DNA from: Pseudobacteriovorax antillogorgiicola
GTDB taxonomy: Bacteria > Bdellovibrionota_B > Oligoflexia > Oligoflexales > CAIYRB01
DNA: 64,000 bases
Reading direction: 5' to 3'
NCBI GenBank assembly: GCA_945862295.1
Contig: CAMAXT010000001.1
Span: 23,740-87,739 of the forward strand
The notes below the pieces were generated by a model. It saw only the letters and a list, made by a program, of their open reading frames with translations, did no database searches and had not been told where the DNA came from. Shown piece after piece: positions 35,614 through 43,510 of the stretch (its first letter is position 1; each line of letters starts with the position of its first letter). Position numbers and translations under genes: made by a program.

Positions 35614-35628
35614 ACTGGAGTTCCTTTC

Positions 35629-35982
35629 ATGAAGTTTGCGCACCTGCCTGAGTCCCTTATCCAATCAAACTATCCAGAGATGAAGATTCCGCCGCTTTGG
35701 CAGGTACTTTATCAGGAGGCTATCCGAGGTAATCATTTACTGTTTGATAAAAAAGAAATTGAACGTTTCGAAGAAGAAAGAGCTACATTCAAACCAGCCT
35801 GGGATGATTTGATTAACGAAGACATCGAAGAGATTGCTACTCATCTAGCTGGCTGTTCAGATCTTCGCGAAATGATGGACATCATCGATAGCCTTACTTT
35901 AGAAACCAGAAAGACCGTTTATTTTCTCTATGTCGAACTGCTTGTTATCTGGAAACACGCACTTCGTTCTCAGCTAAACTGA
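35629..35982 (+). CDS. hypothetical protein (117 aa)
   Basis: ATG with GGAG 9 nt upstream. Acidic helical sequence; no family recognised. Confidence 0.5.
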   Translation: MKFAHLPESLIQSNYPEMKIPPLWQVLYQEAIRGNHLLFDKKEIERFEEERATFKPAWDDLINEDIEEIATHLAGCSDLREMMDIIDSLTLETRKTVYFLYVELLVIWKHALRSQLN

Positions 35983-36011
35983 GAATTCCACAAATTTCTC
36001 GAATATCATAA

Positions 36012-36043
36012 AGAGTCCGCTACTTTCACGAGTAGCGGACTCT
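36012..36043 (+). terminator. terminator hairpin
   Basis: AGAGTCCGCTACT-TTCACG-AGTAGCGGACTCT, a 13-bp perfect stem 30 nt after the stop. The U-tract is weak (TTACTTA). Confidence 0.5.
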
Positions 36044-36121
36044 TTACTTACCCGCACTGCTGCACTTTTTACCTATGATCCGGTATAATTATAATACCTC
36101 TATTTTTCCCGTTTTATTCCC

Positions 36122-38503
36122 GTGAAAAAATTCACCAGCCGGAGACAAGGCATGCCGAAAAGTGCAGGGCTTTCATTAGTCGGCCGCGTAAGCGGATTCA
36201 TGACTGGATTTACGTTGATGCGGTTTCGCCATTCGTACCAGCGCGAACTCTTTCTTATTGTCACCGTGGGTATGGCTGTATTCTTTTGGACGGCTGTCGC
36301 CAGTTTTAATCCACTCGATAATTCGCCGCTTTCGATTAGCGTTCCAGCTGTACCGCCTTTAAATCTCGCTGGTAGTATTGGTGCATTCATTAGTAGCTAT
36401 GCTTTTTTTGCTCTTGGCGTGATCGCCTGGCTCCTGCCACTGCCGTTAGTGTTCTCAGCTATTCTTGTTGTGAAACAGGATAGTCTCGCTTTTGCGAAAG
36501 CGCGTGGCCTTGGCTGGATTCTGTTCTTTTGCACTGCCTCTGCAGGTGCGGCTATTTTTAAACCGTACGCTTCACTCAAGGGATTTGATTTTCCTAGCGG
36601 CGGTATTCTCGGAACGCATATTTCGACGGTGCTGCTATCTACTCTTGGTCAAGTTGGCCTCTATATTGTCTTAGCTACTACGGCAATTGCTGCTGTCCTC
36701 CTTGTTGTGCGCGAAGCAGTACTTTCAATCGTCGGTAACAAGATCGCGCACTATAGCCGTATGAACTACTTTGCGAGCCTCGATTTCCGAAAACTCCTTC
36801 GTTCAACACCTAAGGTCAAGGATGAGGACGAAGCGGAAGAAGATGAGCCGGAAGTAAAAGTTTCCGCACCAGTTATTTTCCCAAAAATCACACAGTCTGA
36901 ACCAACGATTGATGACGACCTCGAAGATGAAGAAGACTCTGACCTTGATGTCGAAGTAGACGCTGCAGATGATGAGGAAGACGACGTTGAGCCGATGCCT
37001 AAAAGCACACATCGGCCACCGGCAACAGATCCAAGCTACCGCCCACCACCGTTAGCACTATTTCAAAAGTCTGAAACGCAAGCACACACCGCAGCGTCGC
37101 AGCGCGAATTAGAATCAACCGCAACACTACTAATCAAGACTTTTGAAGATTTCGGCGTTAAAGGCCAAATTATTGGCTTTCAACCAGGTCCGGTAGTAAC
37201 CGTTTACGAGTTTCAGCCAGATGCGGGTGTTAAGCAGTCAAAGATTCTCGGACTCATCGATGACCTCGCTTTGGCTTTAAAAGTCGATTCGATCTTTATT
37301 CATCCAGTCAGGGGTAAGAGAGCTCTCGGTGTGCAGGTGCCAAACAGTAAACGGGAATGCGTCTACCTTGGCGACATCCTTGGCGCAGCATCTTTTACTG
37401 AGTCTGCCTCGCCGCTAACTTTCGGCATGGGCAAGACCATCAACGGTACTCCGATTTCAGCTGACCTTGCAGCAATGCCGCACTTACTGATGGCCGGCGC
37501 AACGGGCTCTGGAAAGTCCGTTGCCGTTAATGCCATGCTCTCAAGCATCATCATGAAAGCTACTCCTGATGAAGTCAGAATGATCCTTGTGGATCCCAAG
37601 ATGCTGGAACTTTCTGTCTACGAGGGCATTCCCCATCTCCTGATGCCTGTAATCACTGAGCCGGCAAAAGCGAGCCTTGCTCTAAAATGGGCGGCTAGTG
37701 AGATGGAGCGCCGCTACCGTTTAATGCAGCTAGCTTGTGTCCGAAATATCGGCGGCTTTAACGAGTTTTGGTCGAAAGCATCAACACAGCGAAAGAAAGA
37801 AATTCAAGAAACACTCGAAGACGACACTATCACCCGTCTTCCATACATTTTGCTAGTTATCGATGAGCTCGCAGACCTTATGATGACCGCACCAAAAGAC
37901 GTGGAATCTTCGATTCAGCGTCTAGCACAAAAAGCCCGGGCGTCAGGAATTCACATGGTTCTAGCGACGCAGAGACCATCGGTAGATATCATCACTGGTG
38001 TTATCAAAGCCAACTTACCGTGCCGTGTTGCTTTTCAAGTTGTAAGTAAGCATGACAGCCGGACCATTCTCGATCTCATCGGTGCTGAGAAACTTCTCGG
38101 TAAAGGTGACATGCTGTTCCAACGCCCAGGCAGCGGGCGTCTTGAACGTGTCCAAGGTGCGTTGATAAGCGACGAAGAAGTTATCAATCTCGTTGCGGCT
38201 GTGAAACAAAACGCCAAAGAGACCTACGACGAAAACATTATCAGCTGGATCGACGAGGAATATAACCGTCAGAAAGATGGTTCCGATGAGGGCGCGGGCG
38301 GTTACGGTGATGAAGACGATGATCCAAAATGGGACGATGCTATCGGTATCGCTCGTACCCACGGAGTCGTTAGTGCCTCGTTCCTACAAAGACATCTAAA
38401 AATAGGCTATAACCGTGCAGCCAGGATCGTTGAATCGATGGAAGCCAAAGGCTATGTTGCTAAGGCTGATGGTTCTAAACCACGTAAGTGGCTAGGTAAT
38501 TAA
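36122..38503 (+). CDS. ftsK: DNA translocase FtsK
   Basis: N-terminal TM helices, acidic/Pro-rich linker, motor domain with Walker A GATGSGKS and Walker B LLVIDELADL. C-terminal gamma winged helix (SASFLQRHLKIGYNRAARIVESME). Confidence 0.95.
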   Translation: MKKFTSRRQGMPKSAGLSLVGRVSGFMTGFTLMRFRHSYQRELFLIVTVGMAVFFWTAVASFNPLDNSPLSISVPAVPPLNLAGSIGAFISSYAFFALGVIAWLLPLPLVFSAILVVKQDSLAFAKARGLGWILFFCTASAGAAIFKPYASLKGFDFPSGGILGTHISTVLLSTLGQVGLYIVLATTAIAAVLLVVREAVLSIVGNKIAHYSRMNYFASLDFRKLLRSTPKVKDEDEAEEDEPEVKVSAPVIFPKITQSEPTIDDDLEDEEDSDLDVEVDAADDEEDDVEPMPKSTHRPPATDPSYRPPPLALFQKSETQAHTAASQRELESTATLLIKTFEDFGVKGQIIGFQPGPVVTVYEFQPDAGVKQSKILGLIDDLALALKVDSIFIHPVRGKRALGVQVPNSKRECVYLGDILGAASFTESASPLTFGMGKTINGTPISADLAAMPHLLMAGATGSGKSVAVNAMLSSIIMKATPDEVRMILVDPKMLELSVYEGIPHLLMPVITEPAKASLALKWAASEMERRYRLMQLACVRNIGGFNEFWSKASTQRKKEIQETLEDDTITRLPYILLVIDELADLMMTAPKDVESSIQRLAQKARASGIHMVLATQRPSVDIITGVIKANLPCRVAFQVVSKHDSRTILDLIGAEKLLGKGDMLFQRPGSGRLERVQGALISDEEVINLVAAVKQNAKETYDENIISWIDEEYNRQKDGSDEGAGGYGDEDDDPKWDDAIGIARTHGVVSASFLQRHLKIGYNRAARIVESMEAKGYVAKADGSKPRKWLGN

Positions 38504-38535
38504 AAGATATGAAAGCAGCCCCGAATTGCTGAAGC

Positions 38536-39225
38536 TCATTTCATCTCATCAAGTACTTCTTGGCGAGCGACGACATCAGGTCGAACAACCTGCAATCTTA
38601 GGTTCCAGATCATGTTAAACGGCACGTTCGCTTGAACCAGGTTGACGATCCAATTGGGAATGTAGCCACGTGGATCCATCACAGCGACATGTTCAATAAT
38701 CGTGTACCCGTCCGCCCTTTCCCGCAACGTAAACACACTATCAATGATCTTTCCCCGGACCAGCTTCGTCTCGGGCATCTCGGGTATGTCTTCCGAGGCA
38801 AAACGAATCTCCATGGTTTTTACTTCCTTGTTATAAGAAAACTTCCCTCTATAAATGAAGTCCCTATTTGCTAAAGGAAACGGCGTCCGCACCGCCATAT
38901 ATTCAAAGCGTTCATTTGCCGAAACCGTCTTTACAATATGACTACCAAGTAGATCAGGGAACCATTGGCCCCGCCTTGTTGGATCAAGAAGAACGCTGGT
39001 CACTATAACGATTGGGGCAGGGATAATACCTAGACCTTTAGCAGCATAAAGATCACTTAATCCAGTCTCTCCGCGATAGACATCAATGCCACTACCGGAG
39101 CGCACCAATTCCCATTTTATGGCTTTGAAATCGATTGCGCTGGCGTGTGGGGACCACAGGTTGAATAAGAGAAAGACTGTTATAGCGATGAAGTTGCAAA
39201 GCATCCGACTACTCATACGTCGCAC
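38536..39225 (-). CDS. secreted START/SRPBCC-like lipid-binding domain protein
   Basis: 229 aa with signal peptide ...LWSPHASA. Pattern R..W.P.......V.......EY......PFPLANRDFIY.....................G.I......L......G..I..V...DP.G.IP.W..N is typical of START domains. Confidence 0.6.
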   Translation of the reverse strand: MRRMSSRMLCNFIAITVFLLFNLWSPHASAIDFKAIKWELVRSGSGIDVYRGETGLSDLYAAKGLGIIPAPIVIVTSVLLDPTRRGQWFPDLLGSHIVKTVSANERFEYMAVRTPFPLANRDFIYRGKFSYNKEVKTMEIRFASEDIPEMPETKLVRGKIIDSVFTLRERADGYTIIEHVAVMDPRGYIPNWIVNLVQANVPFNMIWNLRLQVVRPDVVARQEVLDEMK

Positions 39226-40286
39226 ACGCTCAAAAGTGCTTTGCCCATAGTGGAAAAGGAAAAATGATCCCCCGCGATCTTGGCTCGCTCTAACCGCATT
39301 TGGTCGGTCTCTTGATGCGTCCTAAGCAGAAGATGAACAAGCTTTGTAGCCGCCTCACTCTCAGTACGCCCCCCAAAGCTAAATCCTGCGCTTTCAAAAA
39401 GCACATCATCAAGTGAGCCGACACCAGAAACCACAACAGCAGTACCGCACAACAAAAACTCTTCTGCCACGCGGCAAATCTGTTCCGACCCAAGACTAGA
39501 AACAACGCCAACACTCACCGACGACATCATTTCAGCTACATCAGGGAATCGACCCGCCCTCACTACGACCAGATCTTCATTCAGCCCTGTTTTTTGCGCT
39601 GCTTCCGTCAAATCCGTCACCGAGACATTTGCCGGCTCACCTGCAATAATCAACTGCGGCAAAGGTGCGTTTTTCGGCCAGATATCAAGCACTCCGCGAA
39701 ATATTTGCATAAATTCTTTGTGACCTTTAACCGGGTCAAACCGCCCGAAGATCATAAGTCGCGGTCGATCCTTTTTTCTTGCCGCCAAATTGGGGCTGTA
39801 CTCAGCAGAACTACAACCAAGAATGATTGATGCAACGCGCTCATCACCAAAGATCTTTCGACAATCCCTTAGCAGCGAACTTCCTGGCACGATAATCTTT
39901 TCAACATGGGTATGTGACAATCTTTGATTGAGACTAGATAAGAAAGATGTACTGACTTCATTACCACGAAACCGAAAGTTCTTACCCTTACTTGGAGTGA
40001 ACCGAGTTAGAAACGTCTCCGGCCCTCCATAGGTAAACACCGCGTCCGGGTTAAACGTTTTAAATATTTCGCGGTACTTTCCCACATCTTTCGCAGAGAA
40101 ACCTTTAAAGGACGAAACTTGAAGCCCGTACTGCTTCGCTCTTTTTTCCGCCGGTGAATTCACAAGCGGCGAGAATAAATTCTCCACTCCGACTTCCGCT
40201 AGAGACCGCGCCGAACTCAGCGCATACTCAGTAATCGCTGAATTCCAGCGATTCGAGATTAGGTGCCATACTTTCTTTTTACTCAT
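39213..40286 (-). CDS. glycosyltransferase, GT4 (GT-B) family
   Basis: 357 aa. C-terminal SSLGSEQICRVAEEFLLCGTAVVVS corresponds to the E-x7-E nucleotide-sugar motif region of GT4 enzymes. Confidence 0.8.
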   Translation of the reverse strand: MSKKKVWHLISNRWNSAITEYALSSARSLAEVGVENLFSPLVNSPAEKRAKQYGLQVSSFKGFSAKDVGKYREIFKTFNPDAVFTYGGPETFLTRFTPSKGKNFRFRGNEVSTSFLSSLNQRLSHTHVEKIIVPGSSLLRDCRKIFGDERVASIILGCSSAEYSPNLAARKKDRPRLMIFGRFDPVKGHKEFMQIFRGVLDIWPKNAPLPQLIIAGEPANVSVTDLTEAAQKTGLNEDLVVVRAGRFPDVAEMMSSVSVGVVSSLGSEQICRVAEEFLLCGTAVVVSGVGSLDDVLFESAGFSFGGRTESEAATKLVHLLLRTHQETDQMRLERAKIAGDHFSFSTMGKALLSVCDV

Positions 40287-41065
40287 GACGGTTTAAGTTC
40301 CGGCCGTGTTAACTCGCGAAACTTTGCATACTTCACAAACGTGTAGAAGCTGCTAAGGAGGGCGTAGGTATAGCCAGGATACCCATCTAAGAACCCGCCT
40401 CTAAAAAAGTAGCGGTTTATGAATTCAAACCAAGGCCTAAGAAGATGAGAAAACATATTAACTTTTTCTTTGCCCGCTTTGACATGATTGGCAGCGACCA
40501 GCGTCGTGTACCAATTAAAGCGTTCAAAATAGTCTTCAATACTGTCGTAGCTAAAGTGATCCATCTGCTCAGACAATTTACCGGTAGTGCCGCTATCTAA
40601 GACAAAGCGCTCATGGATCTCTGAGTGATAACGACCAGAATTGCGTTTGAAAAATCGCACCGGCCAATCCGTTGACTTGCCGTAGTTCAGTCTTTTATTC
40701 ATAAATATTAGTTTGCGTTTGATTGCATACGCTTGATGACTAGAGCTTTGCTCTTTAGCAAGTCTTGCGATTTCGTCGGCAAGTTCCTTGGTAAGGACCT
40801 CATCAGCATCTATAGCCAATACCCACAAGCGGGTAGCGAGTGCAAGAGCGGCGTTTTTTTGTTCAGCGTGATTGGTAAAAGCGCGGGAATGAAATTTAGC
40901 GCCTAATTCTCGAGCGATCTGCTCAGTGCGGTCAGTACTTCCGGAGTCTAAAACGACAACTTCGGAGCCCTTTGGGAGACTCCGAAGACAGTTTGTTAAT
41001 CTTTTTTCTTCATTCAGAGTGATGATTACGACCGAGAGGGGAATCATGTCACTCTGAGAAGCCAT
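40283..41065 (-). CDS. glycosyltransferase, GT2 family (LPS-core type)
   Basis: LSVVIITLNEEKRLTNCLRSL..VVVLDSGSTDRTEQIA and LAIDADE (DxD). 4-nt overlap with the GT4 gene. Confidence 0.85.
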   Translation of the reverse strand: MASQSDMIPLSVVIITLNEEKRLTNCLRSLPKGSEVVVLDSGSTDRTEQIARELGAKFHSRAFTNHAEQKNAALALATRLWVLAIDADEVLTKELADEIARLAKEQSSSHQAYAIKRKLIFMNKRLNYGKSTDWPVRFFKRNSGRYHSEIHERFVLDSGTTGKLSEQMDHFSYDSIEDYFERFNWYTTLVAANHVKAGKEKVNMFSHLLRPWFEFINRYFFRGGFLDGYPGYTYALLSSFYTFVKYAKFRELTRPELKPS

Positions 41066-41067
41066 TC

Positions 41068-41424
41068 TTAGTCTTTATTAGAGAAGGACGCAGCCCATTG
41101 ATGGTTGCTGTCTCGGTTTTCAACATCCACTATAACGGGGTAACCTTTGCGAATGGTCTGGTTAGTGCTTTTAACAGCAACAACCGCATACGACCCTTTA
41201 CGCTTAACGATTCTCCCATTTGCGATCACTCGGGCTTTCTCATTCAGGACCTGAATATGGTCACCGATGATACCCTCTTCGACTTTTACAACACATCGAA
41301 GACCGCTTGCAGAACAATTGTAAACACTTGCACCATTAGCAGCAACCGAGAAGAAAACTAGACCGAGAACTCCGGCCACGGATTGTGCAATCCGCTTCTT
41401 TAACAACTTCAAACTCATAAACAT
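41068..41424 (-). CDS. hypothetical secreted protein
   Basis: 118 aa with signal peptide ...GLVFFSVAANGA. It is the first gene of the 41424->38536 minus-strand operon, 2 nt from the GT2 gene. Confidence 0.5.
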   Translation of the reverse strand: MFMSLKLLKKRIAQSVAGVLGLVFFSVAANGASVYNCSASGLRCVVKVEEGIIGDHIQVLNEKARVIANGRIVKRKGSYAVVAVKSTNQTIRKGYPVIVDVENRDSNHQWAASFSNKD

Positions 41425-41503
41425 CTACCTTTCAGCGTCAGAAATCAGCAACAACAGTTTAATCAGCATTCCACAGCGAACAGACAACGCGAGATACATT
41501 GGT

Positions 41504-41677
41504 TCACACCAATACTCCGGCCTTTAAGCAAGTATTGTTCCCAGGATAGATGTTGTATTTACAGTAGGTTACGGTCCAATTAGTCCGCCAGGTTATGACA
41601 GATTGTCGACTATTTTGACACTCCCCTGCGTTTTTCCGAGGATTTTTAATTTTCTCGAATTGAGGCAAGTTAGCCAT
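41504..41677 (-). CDS. candidate small Cys-containing protein (57 aa)
   Basis: MANLPQFEKIKNPRKNAGECQNSRQSVITWRTNWTVTYCKYNIYPGNNTCLKAGVLV, with GAAAGAG SD. It is below the ORF-track size cut-off and has no homology support. Confidence 0.25.
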   Translation of the reverse strand: MANLPQFEKIKNPRKNAGECQNSRQSVITWRTNWTVTYCKYNIYPGNNTCLKAGVLV

Positions 41678-41824
41678 ACTCTTTCAACAAGCTGATTTTA
41701 CTCCTTAAACTAAACTATTTAAAGACCGGCGAGTCTGACTTACGCTTCAAAAACAGGGCGATACAATGCGACGGTCCATAATATTAGCTGCCGCTCTAGC
41801 CATTAATCACAGCCCCGCAGCTCG

Positions 41825-41853
41825 TTGACAGGATTCTGAGCTTTGCCTACAGT
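41825..41853 (+). promoter_or_regulatory. sigma-70 promoter of the gcv operon
   Basis: TTGACA-N17-TACAGT, 59 nt upstream of the TTG start of gcvT (AGGAG SD at 41900). Confidence 0.55.
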
Positions 41854-41911
41854 GCTCCGGATGGAAACGTAGCAACGGAACATTCATTCTAGGACCGCTA
41901 GGAGCTAGCCC

Positions 41912-43030
41912 TTGTCGACCGCTAAAAAGACCGCCCTCTATGATATGCACAAGTCTCTCAACGCCAAGATCGTTCCTTTCGGTGGCTGGGCTATGCCGGT
42001 TAGTTACACCAGCGTTTTGCAAGAGCACAAAGCGGTGCGTGAACAGTGCGGTATCTTCGACGTCAGCCATATGGGAGAAGTGTTCGTTACCGGTAAAAAC
42101 GCTACGGAGTTCCTGCAAAAAATCACGATCAATGACATTCACAGACTCAAAGTCGGTGGTGGACAGTATTCTGCAATTTTGAACGAATCCGGCGGCATGA
42201 TCGACGATTTGATTATTTATAAGCTTGCAGAAGAAAACTATCTAATCTGCGTTAACGCTTCCAATAAAGACAAAGACTACACCTGGATTAAATCGCAATC
42301 ACTGAAAGAGAGTGGCGTTCTCGTCGAAGATAAATCTGACGAATACAGCCAGATCGCTGTGCAGGGTCCAACCAGCCCTAAGGTAATGGAAGCGATTCTT
42401 CCTACTGCCGATGCACAAGCTCTTATGACCATGGACTACATGCAGATCAAAAAAATACGGGCTTTTAACCAAGACATGTACTTTGCCCGCACTGGTTATA
42501 CTGGTGAGTGGGGCTACGAAATTTATTTGCCAAACAAAGCTGCCGGCTCCGTTTGGGAAGCTCTTCTTAGCACACATGGAAAGACCGGCGTTTGCCCAAT
42601 CGGCCTCGGTGCGCGCGATACGCTAAGACTGGAAGCTTGCTACCTTCTTTACGGTAACGACATGAATGACACCGTCAGCCCTCTTGAAGCAGGGATTGAT
42701 TGGGCTACCCGTCTTGAAACTTCCGATTTTATTGGAAAAGCCGCATTGCTGAAACAAAAAGCAGAAGGTGTCACTCGTAAGAACTTCGCATTTAAGATGG
42801 AAGGCGACGGTATTCCGCGCCATGATATGGAAGTTTTTGTCGGCAACGAACGCGTAGGTATTGTCACTAGCGGTTCCGTTTTACCAACTGTCGGTGGGGC
42901 AGGGGGCATGGCGCTTCTTGATCCACGCAAAGTCAAAGTCGAAGACCAAATCGAAATCGATATCAGAGGCAAAAGAAAACTTGCGCGGGTGGCGAAAAAA
43001 CCACTATATAAAGCAAAAGTACGCGGCTAA
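41912..43030 (+). CDS. gcvT: glycine cleavage system aminomethyltransferase (T protein)
   Basis: 372 aa. FGGWAMPVSY, GIFDVSHMGE, ARTGYTGEWGYEIY. Confidence 0.95.
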   Translation: MSTAKKTALYDMHKSLNAKIVPFGGWAMPVSYTSVLQEHKAVREQCGIFDVSHMGEVFVTGKNATEFLQKITINDIHRLKVGGGQYSAILNESGGMIDDLIIYKLAEENYLICVNASNKDKDYTWIKSQSLKESGVLVEDKSDEYSQIAVQGPTSPKVMEAILPTADAQALMTMDYMQIKKIRAFNQDMYFARTGYTGEWGYEIYLPNKAAGSVWEALLSTHGKTGVCPIGLGARDTLRLEACYLLYGNDMNDTVSPLEAGIDWATRLETSDFIGKAALLKQKAEGVTRKNFAFKMEGDGIPRHDMEVFVGNERVGIVTSGSVLPTVGGAGGMALLDPRKVKVEDQIEIDIRGKRKLARVAKKPLYKAKVRG

Positions 43031-43071
43031 CGAACCAATTTCACGTAACAATTTTTCATTGAGGAACCAAC

Positions 43072-43455
43072 ATGGATTTTCCATCAGGACTAAAATACAC
43101 CAAGGACCATGAGTGGATCGACAGCACAGATAAGACCGCAAAGATCGGAGTGACTGCTTTTGCTGTTGAGCAGCTTGGTGACATTGTTCACGTTGAGTTG
43201 CCACAAGTCGGCGAAACATTCGCAGCCGGCGCAAGCTTCGGCACCATCGAATCGACAAAAACAGTTTCAGATCTCTACATGCCCGTAGCTGGCAAAGTTG
43301 TGGAAGTTAACAAAGACGCCGTGAACAGCCCTGAAAGTTTGCAAGCTGATCCTTACGTCAAAGGCTGGCTGGTAAAAGTCGAAATGAGTGGAACACCTGA
43401 TAAAGCCACTCTTCTTGACGCTAAAGGCTACGAAGCTTTCGTCAAAGAGCAGTAA
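43072..43455 (+). CDS. gcvH: glycine cleavage system H protein
   Basis: 127 aa with the lipoyl-lysine motif [15 protein letters not shown]. Confidence 0.95.
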   Translation: MDFPSGLKYTKDHEWIDSTDKTAKIGVTAFAVEQLGDIVHVELPQVGETFAAGASFGTIESTKTVSDLYMPVAGKVVEVNKDAVNSPESLQADPYVKGWLVKVEMSGTPDKATLLDAKGYEAFVKEQ

Positions 43456-43510
43456 AAACTCTCTCCGCAGAAATTTAGTTCGCCTAATCGAACCTACTTT
43501 AGGAGCTTAT

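Noticed and set aside
41680-41911. Glycine riboswitch upstream of gcvT
   Set aside because: I looked for the tandem aptamer signatures (GGAGAG ... CACCGAAGGGGCAA ... CTCAGGCAAAAGGAC) and did not find them. With the predicted promoter the leader is only about 50 nt. An Infernal scan with the Rfam glycine model would settle it.
43388-43510. Upstream extension of gcvP overlapping gcvH
   Set aside because: The extension overlaps the gcvH coding end in another frame. The ATG at 43511 has an AGGAG SD and yields the conserved P-protein N-terminus.
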